DNA from: Podarcis bocagei
Taxonomy: Eukaryota
Length of the DNA: 64,000 nucleotides
Direction: 5' to 3' (one strand)
Assembly (NCBI GenBank): GCA_964188305.1
Contig: OZ076903.1
The notes under the pieces were generated by a model. The model was not told the origin of the DNA, ran no database searches, and saw nothing but the letters and a program-made list of their open reading frames with translations. Position numbers and translations under genes: made by a program. How positions within the stretch are numbered: position 1 is the first letter of the stretch; each line of letters starts with the position of its first letter. Shown here one piece after another: positions 23,501 through 35,098 of the stretch.

Positions 23501-26333
23501 CAGGTGCCAAAGCAGTGATTTAAAACCTCTTCAGTTTATTTATTTAAAGTATTTTATCCCACCCATCATCACAATGCAATACTAGGTCAGGAGATATATA
23601 TAAAATCGTAAGGCTTGGAGGCGATACTCAAAAAGCAAGAAAAGAAACACTCTTCTTGCAAACTTGGAAATTATGTGGCTTGTATCACTAGGTTGAGCTA
23701 TCCAGTTTGCAAAATCACTTTTTACAAGTCTCCATTTCATCATTAAAATAACAGTGTAATGCTTTGCAGGGGAAAAAGCAGCTTCTTATGGTGAAAAGTA
23801 GATTAGAACTTCCCAGCCAAGGGTGCCAAAGGCTACCTGATCATACATATATTCCATCACTGAAGAAATAAATGTGTAACATCTCTAAAGCACTATAAGA
23901 ACTAGGCAAATGAGGATTCAGATGTAGGGTCTAGACATTTAACAGGAGTGAAGTCTCAGGTGCCAGAAAAAAATGTAGATCACACTTTAGCTCAGGGATG
24001 GGGAACCTGTGGTCCTCCAGACAATGCTGGATTACAACCCCCATCAGCCCCAGGCTGATGATGGGAGTTGTAGTCCAGCAACAGTAGGGCCACAGGTTTC
24101 CCACCCCTACTCTGACTAGAAAAATTTAATTATATCAGTTAAAAAACACACCATATGGGATGGCTCCTGCATTTCCACACTATAAGCTGTGATAAAGGGT
24201 GGTATATAAATCAAATGAATGAATGAATGAATGAATGAATGTGATCAAGTTTGACACTATCCACTTCAACATGGGTCTTCAGAGTCCAAATCCATATTTC
24301 AGGGATTAGGCACCTGTGGCTCTCCAGGTATTGGACTACAACTCCTATCAGGCTTGGCTACTGACCATCCTGGCTCAGGCTGATGTGAGGTGGAGTCCAA
24401 CAACATCTGGAGGGCTACAGGTTCCCCATATTTTCCCTACATTGTCACAAAGCTCACTCAGTGACCCTAAGTCCATCATTTTCTGTCTGATTCAACCCAG
24501 ACTTGTAAACAAGCTCACAAAAAGTTATAAGCATCCAAAATTTCTTAGTAGCCTGCTGGGGGTTTGCAGTGGAGGAATTGAGGGGTCCAGCTCCAAGGGC
24601 CTTCTGACGTTTCCCTCCCTGCGAGAAGTGAGGTTACAGGGAACCAGTCGGAGGGCCTTCTCGGTAGTGGCGCCCGCCCTGTGGAATGCCCTCCCATCAG
24701 ATGTCAAGGAAATAAACAACTACCTGACTTTTAGAAGATACCTAAAGGCAGCCCTGTTTAGGGAAGTATTTAATGTTTGATGTTTTATTATGCTTTTAAT
24801 TCTGTTGGGAGCCACCCACCTCAGCAGCCTGCTTGGATCTCATGCTAGGTTCAGAGGCATGATGGTGCACCCTGTCCATCTTCTACCAGCCTACATGATA
24901 TAGCTAACAAACAAGTGCTTAAATACAAGGCTGGCCTAACCTCCTTTACAGGGACACTGATAGAGAAAAAAATGTATTAAAGCCCATGTACATGGCCCTC
25001 AACTCCCTTGGGTTACAAAAATTAGCAAGGCAGGGAAAGGGGGGAATAAATAAACTGCATTGGAACAGTAAGTGCAAATTCTGCAGAAGTTACATAATTA
25101 GTACTCTTGGAATTATTCATTAGAGTAACATCTCATGTCTGAGAAAGTAAGTGTGAAAACATCAGCAGAAAATAAATTGCACAGTAAATGTCAGAAGATT
25201 TTGCCATGAGGGAGCTTCTGTACCCCCTCTGCTTTAAGCCTAATTACTCTTCTAAAGTCACATGTTATAGGCACAGAGACTTTAGTGACCCTGCGACAGG
25301 GCTCCATAAAGGTCTCTAACCTCACTGTCTTGGCTAGCCCAAGACACTGAAACACTCACAGATACAATATGCTCATAGCACAGTGGAACTTTCTCTGCAG
25401 CTCACCATGCAGCCCTCATGGAGCAGATGACAAGCATGAAATGAATGAAGGCAGGGGCCTTCTCCCCTTGTCCGTCCCTAGCAGCTGGTATTTGGAGTTA
25501 CACTGTCTGAAAATGTCCACTTGGATCTCATGGCTAATAGCTCTTACTAGACCTATGCAAGGCTAATCTAAAAATCATCCTAGCCTTCCAGTTATTCTGC
25601 TGCCAGTTCCACATAGCCACCACTAGATCAGGTATGAAGAACCTGTGGCTCTCCAGAGACTGTTGGACTCCAACTTCTATTAGCCTCAACCAGCATAGCC
25701 AATGGCCAGGGATGATCAGATGATCAGAGTCCAACAACATCTGGAGGGCCACAGATCCAATCCCTGCTCTAGGTTTAACAACCACAGTTGTCCTCTTTCT
25801 CCTTTTCCTGAACCCAACAACATGGCTGGGAGTGAAGCATGGAGAAGGAGGCACAGGTAAGGCAGTGGCAGCTGCAAAGGCAACTGTTCCGCCATGACCC
25901 AGTGCTCCAACCCTTCCCCACCACAGCCAACCATCCCCACTCCTAGCTGTTCTGGTTCTTACTCCTGAGGAACTGCTGCAGGCGAGAGAAGCCACTCTGG
26001 GTACCCAACAAGACGCTGACAAGGATCCAGGTCAGTCCTGCTGTCAAGACGATCACAACAACACGAAGGGGACCTGAGATGGTTAAGACAGACAAAGTCA
26101 GATCTGCAACAACACCAGCAAACCCCTGAATGATTAAACCTAACTGCTGCCATAATGCAGTCCTTGCTACTACATCTTTCCCTTGTTGTCCCAGGAGTTT
26201 AAGGGCTCCAAAAGGCATATCTGATATCACTGGCTAAGTGCTGCAGTTCTGTGTCTTAACCAAATCTAAATGTTTCTTTCAAGCTAAAACTTTCAATGCT
26301 TCTTTCAAGCTAAAACTCACCTGCTAGTCTCAT
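14434..26333 (-). CDS. FAM3A: Protein FAM3A (FAM3 metabolism-regulating signalling molecule A), 9 coding exons, 229 aa
   Basis: Exons 26321-26333, 25963-26073, 23343-23366, 20872-20995, 20575-20633, 20425-20475, 19337-19421, 14822-14948 and 14434-14529 join in frame (690 nt), all GT-AG. The protein MRLAGPLRVV...KYKCGLP...GPKICLEDK...[15 protein letters not shown] matches recalled human FAM3A. AATAAA on minus strand at 13615-13620. Confidence 0.96.
14822..14948 (-). CDS. FAM3A: FAM3A coding exon 8
   Basis: [42 protein letters not shown]. Confidence 0.95.
15543..16011 (+). mobile_element. BovB (RTE) LINE 3' fragment
   Basis: [21 protein letters not shown] and LQYFGHL motifs; 3' end ggggtcacaaagagtcggac with (CAA)n tail. 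Confidence 0.92.
16797..17233 (+). mobile_element. LTR-like repeat (related partial copies at 16011-16200 and 34500-34735)
   Basis: Terminal inverted motif CCTGAACC...GGTTCAGGACA, internal TATATAAA (~17021) and AATAAA (17141), and visible similarity to two other copies in the window. Confidence 0.45.
17538..19277. mobile_element. Non-autonomous Tc1/mariner (Tc2-like) element carrying an internal tandem array
   Basis: TIRs CCGTATTTTTCGCCCTATAAGACGC / GCGTCTTATGGGGCGCAAAATACGG with TA at 17536-37 and 19278-79; subterminal GCGTCTTATGGG repeats. Confidence 0.85.
17681..19100. repeat. 99-bp CpG-rich palindromic minisatellite, ~14.3 copies
   Basis: The 99-nt period (33-aa period in the ORF track) has nearly identical units differing mainly at 3 sites. 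Confidence 0.97.
19337..19421 (-). CDS. FAM3A: FAM3A coding exon 7
   Basis: [29 protein letters not shown]. Confidence 0.95.
20425..20475 (-). CDS. FAM3A: FAM3A coding exon 6
   Basis: [17 protein letters not shown]. Confidence 0.95.
20575..20633 (-). CDS. FAM3A: FAM3A coding exon 5
   Basis: [19 protein letters not shown]. Confidence 0.95.
20872..20995 (-). CDS. FAM3A: FAM3A coding exon 4
   Basis: [40 protein letters not shown]. Confidence 0.95.
22429..22618. mobile_element. hAT (Charlie-type) MITE
   Basis: TIRs CAGAGCTTTCCAAACT / ACTTTGGAAAACTCTG; 8-bp TSD CTCTAGAT/CTCTAGGT. Confidence 0.75.
23343..23366 (-). CDS. FAM3A: FAM3A coding exon 3 (24-nt microexon)
   Basis: SPENPPTS, phase 1-1, cag|...|gtag. 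Confidence 0.85.
23993..24110. mobile_element. Short squamate hAT-derived MITE (representative of >10 copies, e.g. ~13903, 14608, 15215, 21085, 24300, 25629, 32528, 39030)
   Basis: Recurrent palindromic motif ggaacctgtgg-cctccaga...actacaactcccatc...gatgggagttgtagtcc...ccacaggtt. Confidence 0.6.
24597..24818 (+). mobile_element. LINE (L2/CR1-group) 3' fragment
   Basis: ORF2 C-terminal motif [15 protein letters not shown]...[14 protein letters not shown]; the same family occurs at 39196-39520, 34305-34500 and 16205-16333. Confidence 0.75.
25963..26073 (-). CDS. FAM3A: FAM3A coding exon 2 (signal/anchor)
   Basis: [41 protein letters not shown] bounded. Confidence 0.93.
26321..26333 (-). CDS. 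FAM3A: FAM3A coding exon 1 (MRLA-G)
   Basis: gccATGAGACTAGCAG|gtgag; the exon extends 5' as UTR to an acceptor at 26442. Confidence 0.9.
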
Positions 26334-27151
26334 GGCCCCTTGAGGGTGTCCGGAACCAGCGACAATCCAATGCTACTAGGCTCCTGAAGTGCCAGGGCAG
26401 GTGAGGGATTCTGAGATGGGTTAGTCACATGCACCCTTCAAACTACAAAGATCAGAAATGGTAATCTGAATCAGCCCAAAGAATTTTTAAAACGCAAACA
26501 GCCCATACTGTAGTCTGCACTACTCAAAAAGACATAAACATAAAAATGTCAAACAAATATTAAAGTACTAGTTTCACAGCACCCAACGAGACAACCAAGA
26601 TAACAATCCTGTACTATTTCCAGACTATGGGCCATTTCATACATTTACACAGCAACAAACCCTGGTTTGCCCTCTCAGCAGGGAGCCACAGTCAAGCCCA
26701 ATTTTAATTTTATTTGAAATAGATTTATTCTACCAAAACAGTCAATACAGGCCCCTGTCGTGGCAAACCATTAAGAATAATTTATGTACTAATAAATGAA
26801 TCTGTAAAAAAAAACCACCCTCAATTACTTAGAACTGTTCTGAGGCTTTTTCTTACAATCAAGTGGTATATATATATAAATTTTATGAAATGAATAAATA
26901 AATCAACATCAGGCTGCATAAAAAACCCCATCAACCCACAGGGAAGGGGAACCTGTACCCTCCAGGTGTAGTTGGACTATAATTCCCATCATTATTGCTT
27001 TATTGCTTTTATATCACAAAGAGGTTCTCCCCCTCAGTTAATCCCAACAACCCTGTAAGGTAGCCTAAGTTGAGAGGCAATGACTGGCCCAAGGTCACCC
27101 AGTGAGCTTCAGAGCCAAGTGGAGATTGGAACCCTGGTCTCCCAGGTCATA

Positions 27152-27519
27152 AAGGTAAAGGTAAAGGTACCCCTGCCCGTACGGGCCAGTCGTGTCCGAC
27201 TCTAGGGTTGTGCGCCCATCTCACTTAAGAGGCCGGGGGCCAGCGCTGCCTGGAGGCACTTCCGGGTCACGTGGCCAGCGTGACAAAGCTGCTCTGGCAA
27301 GCCAGCACCAGCGCAGCACATGGAAACGCTGTTTACCTTCCCACTATAAAGCGGTACCTATTTATCTACTTGCACTTAGGGGTGCTTTCGAACTGCTAGG
27401 TGGGCAGGAGCTGGGACCGAAAGACAGGAGCTCACCCCGCCACGGGGATTCGGACCGCCGACCATGCGATCGGCAAGCCCTAGGCGCTGAGGTTTTACCC
27501 ACAGCGCCACCCGCGTCCC
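27152..27519 (-). mobile_element. Sauria SINE, full length, nested in an older MIR-like SINE (27028-27565)
   Basis: (ACCTTT)n tail and GGGACGCGGGTGGCGCTGTGGG head on the minus strand; CCAGGTCATA repeated on both sides. Confidence 0.9.
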
Positions 27520-28170
27520 TCTTCCAGGTCATAGTCTGACACAAAAACCACTATACCTCACTGACTGCTGGCCATGCCGGCTGCTGTAAGGATGATGGAG
27601 CTGGCGTCCAACATCTGGAGGACGCTAAGTCCCCCAACCCTGTGCTAAACCAATTATCCAAATACTCTTCTAAAAATGAATCGTTTTCATTAACCTCCTA
27701 AGTATCATTAACCCCCTAAGGAATCAGGGGAATTCCATTTCTGGAACATCACAACCCTCAGTCATGTTGTTGCCAACCATAAACGGACCACAATTATACC
27801 TGCCAATTCCTCAATGGTGTATGACTGACAAACAGACCTGGCTTTCCCTGAGCTCAGAGGCACCTAGCATCTCACTGCTTTCTGACTTGGGAGCTAGACA
27901 AAAATTCAGGGTGACTCTGTCCTTTGTTTATGTTACAATAGGATGAAGTGTCTCATCCTTGCCTTCTACCCCAGCTCCAAACTGGGGGGCGGGGGGAGTT
28001 CATCCTTGGACTTGTATTAGCGTCAGAAGCATTTGTTGCACCCCTAAAGGTAGAATGACAGAAATGAGTTTTGAATTCTTTCTCTCCAGCTCAGAGCTAC
28101 TAAGCCAACATTTGCAATACCCCTCAATCAAACATAGGAAAAGTGAGCAGGTGAGGCGGTGGGGAGAGCG

Positions 28171-28928
28171 ATGGCTGACAAGATAGAATCATAGAATCAT
28201 AGAGTTGGAAGAGACCACAAGGGCCATCGAGTCCAACCCCCTGCCAAGCAGGAAACACCATCAGAGCACTCCTGACATATGGTTGTCAAGCCTCTGCTTA
28301 AAGACCTCCAAAGAAGGAGACTCCACCACACTCCTTGGCAGCAAATTCCACTGTCGAACAGCTCTTACTGTCAGGAAGTTCTTCCTCATGTTTAGGTGGA
28401 ATCTTCTTTCTTGTAGTTTGGATCCATTGCTCCGTGTCCGCTTCTCTGGAGCAGCAGAAAACAACCTTTCTCCCTCCTCTATGTGACATCCTTTTATATA
28501 TTTGAACATGGCTATCATATCACCCCTTAACCTCCTCTTCTCCTCTTCTCCAGGCTAAAGATCAGCAAAGCACATGTGGTGCAGCCAGGCAGAAACACTC
28601 TCTTTGGGAAGTTCACCCACAAAGAGATCCCAGGGAAGATTATCTTGGAGGACAATAAGTGCCTTGCCTTCCGTGACATTTCCCCACAAGCTCCAACCCA
28701 TTTCCTAGTGGTTCCCAAGAATCTTATTGCTCAGTTCTCTCAAGAGCAAAATTCTGATGACGCTCTTCTTGGATACTTAATTATTGTGGGCAATAAATGT
28801 GCAACTCAATTAGGGCTGACAAGAGGATACCGAATAGTGGTGAATGAAGGGCCAGATGGTGGTCAGTCTGTCTAACAAGTGCATCTCCGTGTCCTTGGAC
28901 ATGTCAGATGGGTTGGCCTCCAGATTAA
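28171..28928 (+). pseudogene. HINT1: HINT1 processed pseudogene, interrupted by CR1
   Basis: ATG GCT GAC AAG AT at 28171, resuming at 28558 with [11 protein letters not shown]...[20 protein letters not shown]...[16 protein letters not shown]. Intronless, with a premature TAA at 28873, a damaged HIT motif and a frameshift. AATAAA at 29058 is followed by an A-rich tail. Confidence 0.93.
28185..28557 (-). mobile_element. CR1 LINE 3' fragment
   Basis: RTRSNGSKL...RKNFLTVRAVRQWNLLPRSVVESPSLEVFKQRLD; (ATTCTATG)n tail; flanked by duplicated AAGAT. Confidence 0.93.
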
Positions 28929-30479
28929 GAAGGTGGGCAAGAAAGAATGTTGCCCCCAAACTCCCTCAACAAATGTTTTCAAAACCCAACTATGATCAGT
29001 AACTTCAGTAACTTAAACTTTCCTGTGAGTACAATTGAAGTTGTGCAATTATTGGACAATAAAGTTACAGGCATGCTAGCTCATCCAAAAAGAAGAAACC
29101 TGAAAAAGTACAATAGTATGTCCAATAGGACTTCCTCTTAAACCTGTAAGGCAGGTTTGGATGTATCCAGATACATCCAGTCTCCAGATACCCAAGACCC
29201 TAGCTAGTCTCCCTGGGTTCCATGGGACTTAGTCAAATATCAGTGGGTTTGGATTGAAGGTCAACATAAGCCCAAGAATTGCACCTGACAACTTATCTGT
29301 AACCAGTGCAGCTCCTTCAAAGTAGGCATTATACTACAAGACTTCAAGCAAGAGTTTTGCACCTACATTTTTTAACCAATTGTAACTACTGGACACCGTC
29401 CAATCTCAAAGTAAACACAGCAGGAATCTTTATGGCTAGCTGTGCAAACAACTGTGTTCTGTTTTAAACATGTCTTTGTCCTGTTTAAAAATCCAACACA
29501 TGAAGAGGACTTCAGCAAGTCTCCATGGTAAAGATGTTTTACAACTGAGATGCAGTGACTGAGGAATGTCCCAGAAATGTTGTCAAACCACTCACTGGAC
29601 AGCAGTGAGGCCTGGTCTACAGCAAAACGAGGTGGTAGGATGGATTATACCTTTTTTGTCAGGAGCAATGTTTTGAATGCTCTCTCACATTAAACAAAAA
29701 ACAGGTGCACAGTAGACTGTGAGGGAGACCTGGGCTAGAACTCTCCTCCCATTCTGCTATGTTTTTTAGGTGGTTTCTGTTCACTTGCTTGTTTACATTG
29801 GAGAGTTTTGGGGAAAGAATGTGGCTTCTGGCCTTGTGACTGAAGTGGTACAATGCATTGCAGAAACTCAGAATTCTCTATCACCCTCCCATTCTGCTGC
29901 CTGTCTGCAGACCAGGCTTGAAGTGGCTTCCACTGTATATTAGCAGCATTGGCCTAGGGTTCAAGTTCCTACTCCACTATGATCTCTTTGGTCACGGGAT
30001 CTTGGCTAGTCCTGTTCCTCTCTGCTCCACATCATCATTTGTCCTCAAAAGCCACAGGGGCAAAAAAAGGGTAATCACCTCAAAGAAAGTGCACAGTACT
30101 GTAGTTAATAACAACCCCCTGATTTCTATGGAGTTGAATTGACCTCGATATCTTTCCTGAGCCCAGGATATGGTGGTGGGGCCTGACCTGGCACAATTGC
30201 CATCAGTGAACCGCTCCTTGTTTGACCCTGGGGCTCTTTTCCTTTGAACCTGCCCTGGATCACCTCTCTCCCTACAGCTTCGGGGCTGGGGAGCCAAAGA
30301 TCCACTCATCGCTCGACACTGGAAGGGAATCTGATGCACACACGGAGAGAATTTAAAGCTGCTCGGATTTCCCTCCAAGCTGGACCTTTTGGGGCAGCGG
30401 AGCTCAACCCCCCATCTTGTTCTCCAACCCTCCCCACGTTACTCTAAAATCAACCTTTTAAAAAAAGTTCTCCCTCCCT

Positions 30480-31240
30480 CCCTCCCCTCAGGTGACAGGC
30501 GGGCCCCGAGCCCTTAACAGCTGCACGGGCGGCAGCGGCGCAGCTCCTGAAGCCTCCTTCCCGCCCGCCGGTCGCTACGCAGAAGATACTGCAGGGAAGC
30601 GAGACCTGTTGCACTTCTGCCTGCCGCGCCGCTGGAAAGGACGCCGGACCCTCGTCGTGAGGGAAGACGGCTCCCCGCGTTGCTCTCGCTCGACCATCCA
30701 CCGACAGTCCCTTCCGCCCGCCCCCCAAACCCCAAGGCAGCCCCCTCGTCTCTCACGGCGCGCGCGAGGCAAAGTCCAGCGGCCCACATACTCAACTCCC
30801 CCGCCCCGCGATCTCCTCCTCATGGCGCCCCTCGACTCTCGCCCTGAGGCGCCGGCCTGGAAAAGCGCCTCCGAGAGGCCTCCGAATCCCGCCGCTCCTG
30901 CGCCGCCTCACCCGGATCCGGCCTCCCGCAGGATCTTCCTGCTACTGGAGCTCGGCGGCGGCAGCGGCTCCTCCCGCCGGCTCCGCCCAGCGCCCCGGGG
31001 CAGACGGCGCAGGCAGAGGCGGCAGCGGAGGCGGCCCGCGCCAGCTCCACGGAGCGACGCCCATAACGCCCCCTGCGCGAGGCCTGAGAGCGGGAGTCCC
31101 GGGGCAGCTGCTCCCCCACCTCACCTGAGGCGGCTGCTACCTGGGCGCCCTGAGGGAAGGCGGCAGGGACGGCGCCCAGGCCAGGGAGGGCGCCAATGCT
31201 GGCATGAGTCTCTCGACGTTTTATATAACGTATATATAAT
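30480..31240 (-). promoter_or_regulatory. FAM3A: CpG island; probable FAM3A promoter and non-coding exon 1 (donor at 30791)
   Basis: Very high GC/CpG content; minus-strand donor GTTGA|gtatgt. The FAM3A ATG exon has its own acceptor, so an upstream exon is required. Confidence 0.7.
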
Positions 31241-31333
31241 CAGTGCTTTACAATGGTAAACTGCCTTGGGGGCCTTGGCAAAAAGACAGTAAAAAAAATC
31301 CAATAAATAAATGTTCATAAGTCGCATAGCTAT

Positions 31334-32000
31334 TGTTGCAGGAAAAATAGGGGGGGTTGGCTTTTGCTGCCCAATTCCCCAAGGGGCTGAGTCCCCTAAG
31401 TCCATCATGGGTCAAAGATGAAAGAATGGAGGCAAGATCCATAGAAAGCAAGGCAGATCTTCTATTTTTTCTGTTTGCAACAGAGTCCCCCCAACCTTCT
31501 TGCAAGGAGGTGAGCAACCCAGAGCAAAAGTGTGCAGGAACCTTTAAAGACATTGCCTAACCCCTTAGCCAAAGACCACCCTCAAGGCATCATGCGTACA
31601 TCACAGGAGGTGGTCTACACAACAGAAATTTGAGAGTGAGGCTCTCCCGGCTGCCAAGATTTCTGATAATGCTTTACTGATTACATTACCTGGGCAGTCT
31701 GACCATTCTTTTGAGATGGTAAATGCTTTAGTTCTTGAATCCAGGTCACAGGCCTACCCTATTCATGCGCAAAATATGCCCGTAGGATTTGTAAGTGAAA
31801 GAACTATTGGAAAAGGTTTCTCTTCTGTAGAGGAAATATTTAAAGTCATCAGGAGAGCCAAGATAACTTTTGGGGATTGTTCTGTGTGTTAAAATAAGGT
31901 GCAATTTTCTTAGGGAACATTTCCTAAATTTTGAAGGGTGAAGGATTGGTTTTCTGTGGAGTGTGTATCTGCTATGTTTGTGGAACCTAAAATTTTATAA
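31334..32000 (-). mobile_element. Diverged solo LTR related to 32965-33592
   Basis: Shared blocks caacagaaatttga, tctgataatgc and ccattc-tttgagatggt; begins TGTTG. Confidence 0.5.
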
Positions 32001-32964
32001 TGCTACCTACCTAAGATATTGCACTGTGACATCTGGGTGACTCATGCTGAACTTTGTCAAGGGTGTTGCAAGTTAAAGTAGCTTTATTATACACATGCAT
32101 TTGGTACTGTAGCTGGTGTTAGCTGCATTGTTTTATCCTCCAAAATTCAGATTTCATTTTTCACTGCAAGCTCAGTTTCAGTACCGTATTTTAAGGGGTC
32201 ACCAGTAATAGGGCCAGGGGCAGCTATTCTGCAATGTGGATTCCAGCGTGCAACAGCTGAGGAGAGGGGTCCCTTGTTCACTTACTGCATATTTGATGGC
32301 CAGGGGACAGGGAAGAGAGCCTCCAAAGTGAAAGGAAGTTTTCATGTAGGTTTGTACAGGGAAGAGGCAGTTCTGATTTAGTTCCTAAAAGGGTAGGATA
32401 CTCTTTTTCCAGTGAGGGCCACATTCCCTCAGGGGTAATATGTTGGAGGCAGCATACTGACAGTGTGCAAGGCTAGAGCTGCTGGTGGGCAAGGTGAGAA
32501 GTAACCATATTTACCTGTGGTGTGGCACAGGTATGGAGAACCTGTGGCATTCTAAATATTTTTGAATTCCAAATCCCATCAGCCCTAGGCAGCATGGCCA
32601 ATGATCTCTGACAATGGGAGTTTTAGTCCCACAACATCTGCAGGGCCACAGGATCCCCATCACTGGTTTGGCATAAGGTCTAAACATCTGTGCATTCCCC
32701 ACCCCTCACCTTGCCACAAGCACAGGCTCTTCTACTCCATTTACACAAGGGAGGAGGGACATTTATGCCAGCACAATAGTGGTATTGCAACATGCACTAT
32801 ATATATTCCCAGCACATAAGTGGAGAGAGGGCAGAGCCGCAGTAAAAAAAAAAGCAGTAAAAAATCCAAAGCTAGTGTAGGGTTGCTATATTTCAAACAA
32901 TGAAAAACTGGACGTATGGCAACCCTAAAGTAGTGGCAACACTGTTGTCCATTACCATTTATGG

Positions 32965-33592
32965 TGTTGTAAACAAAATCTGGCCTTATTTCCTTATGGG
33001 GTACACAAGAGCCCCTATAGAGTCCTTTATAGGTTCTCCATCGGTAGGAAAAAATAACAGGCCAACCAGAGAATATTGAGAAGCAAAGTAGCCAATAAGC
33101 CTAATCTTTATTAAACAGTTGCAACAGGGTGCTCCCCCCACAAGCAGGAGAGAGGAGGAGGACCACGAACCATGTGTGCTTGCCGTTATATAGCCATTTT
33201 GAAATTCCCTGCCCTGGAGCTCAAGACCACCCCTCCATACATCATTCATAGATCACAGAAGAGGCAGCCTACAACAGAAATTTGAATGTTGTTGTTTTTC
33301 CTGTCTGTCAGGTTATCTGATAATGCCTTATCTAATTGCCTTTTCTGGTAGTCTTGCCATTCCTTTGAGATGGTGATTACTTAATTCCTAAGACAATGGG
33401 AAGGTTTTTTTCATTTCCTCTTACCTTGCAGAGAAACATTTGGTCAGTTGGGGAGAGTTAAAATGGTTTAGGACTGTCTTCCTGTGCTGCTTCAGACATG
33501 TGGTTTATATATTTACGTACGTGTATCTTAGACCTTAATATTCTTATGTGTCTAAGACCTTATGTATCTAAGACCTTTAAATTCTTATTACA
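32965..33592 (-). mobile_element. Solo LTR (ERV/LTR retroelement), 628 bp
   Basis: TG...CA termini, perfect 4-bp TSD ATGG, and TATA-like and AATAAA signals on the minus strand. Confidence 0.75.
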
Positions 33593-33899
33593 ATGGGTTA
33601 CGGTGGTGACAACATCCCTGTGTCACTCCTCCAAGGAAGGAGCCAATCCATTCACACTGATGGGACTGTGCTCCCATGGCACCTTCCAGATGACAGAGCA
33701 CCCTCCACCGCACAGTGTACTGCTGGTCTCCAGGAGTTCATGCAACACAGTGGTTCAAACCTTGTATACTGTTGCCACATACATGCACACTGCTCAAAAG
33801 TGCAAAAGGAAGGTAAGAGGCAGCACGGCATCCAAATAGTTCCTCTGTCTTTCATGAACTACCCATCCCAGAGTTTATTGTACATAAGTAGGAAGCTGG

Positions 33900-34141
33900 C
33901 TCCAAGACTTTGGCCACCTCATGAGAAGAGAAGACTCCCTGGATAAGGCCCTGATGTTGGGAAAGATGGAGGGCACAAGGAGAAGGGGATGACAGAGGAC
34001 GAGATGGTGGGACAGTGTTCTCGAAGCTACCAACATGAGTTTGACCAAACTGCAGAGGGCAGTGGAAGACAGGAGTGCCTGGCGCGCTCTGGTCCATGGG
34101 GTCACAAAGAGTCGGACACGACTAAACGACTAAACAAAAAA
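33900..34141 (+). mobile_element. BovB LINE 3' fragment
   Basis: BovB 3' end sequence; TSD AGGAAGCTGG at 33890-33899 and 34142-34151. Confidence 0.92.
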
Positions 34142-34887
34142 AGGAAGCTGGGACAGCTGGGGGGGAGGCAGGAAAAAGTTAAATGATAATTGGGAACAGT
34201 GGGAGTCAGTATTCATTCAGAAGCCCTAAATATGTAGGAAGGGTAAATTAGGTTTACAAAAACAATTTATATTTATACCTTGCCCATTTTACTGTATTTT
34301 TGGTTTTTATGGAAGCCGCCCAGAGTGGCTGGGGAGGCCCAGCCAGATGGGCGGGGTATAAATAATAAATTATTATTATTATTATTATTATTTGACTGGG
34401 TTGTCCCATCCACTCTGGGCGGTTTCCAACATATATAAAAACATTAAACAATAAAAAGTCCCTATACAGGGCTGCCTTCAGATGTCTTCTAAAGGTTTTT
34501 AAGTTGCTTCTCTCCTTGGCTCGGGGGTTGCATAACTCCATACCCTCCAACATACATTGCTTTGTCTGGGATTTTCCATCACTTCACCTGCCCAAATGAT
34601 GGCATAGGTGGCAGATACCCAAGTCTTACAAATAGTTCCCCTTTCTGAGCTCAGAGCCCAGCACCCCAAGCCCACAGATAAGGATAACATCAAAGCAAGC
34701 CAATTAGCTTATATCAAAGCAAGTGTATATAAACATATATGACCTCATTGCTATCAACTAATGGTAGGGTTATTTTGACTACCAAGGTTACATTAGCAAA
34801 GCTGGAACACTTCACCTTCAGTTCAACACAAGGACAGAGCAAGCTTACCTTATTTTCCCCTTTCCTCTCAAGGCTAGGACTGGAACC

Positions 34888-35098
34888 AATGGAAGGAGAT
34901 TTCAACTAAACATCAGTAAGAACTTTCTGATAGTAAGAGCAGTTTAACAGTGGATCAGATTCCCACAAGAGGTGGTGGACTCCCCTTCCTTGAAATTTTT
35001 TAAGCTGAGGTTGGATTGTCATCTGTCATGTGTGATCTAGTTGAGATGCCTGCATTGCAGAAGCGTGGACTAGATGATCATCCAACTATAATTCTATG
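34888..35098 (+). mobile_element. Old CR1 3' fragment
   Basis: aagaactttctgatagtaagagcagt...ggtggactccccttccttg...attctatg. Confidence 0.7.

Noticed and set aside
28576-28875. 99-aa HINT-like ORF as a functional gene
   Set aside because: It has a non-ATG start, a true start separated by CR1, a stop before the HIT motif and a downstream frameshift.
30492-31259. 255-aa plus-strand ORF, and similar ORFs at 37359-37943 and 7422-7853
   Set aside because: These are Pro/Arg/Ala-rich stop-poor frames typical of CpG islands, with no recognisable homology.
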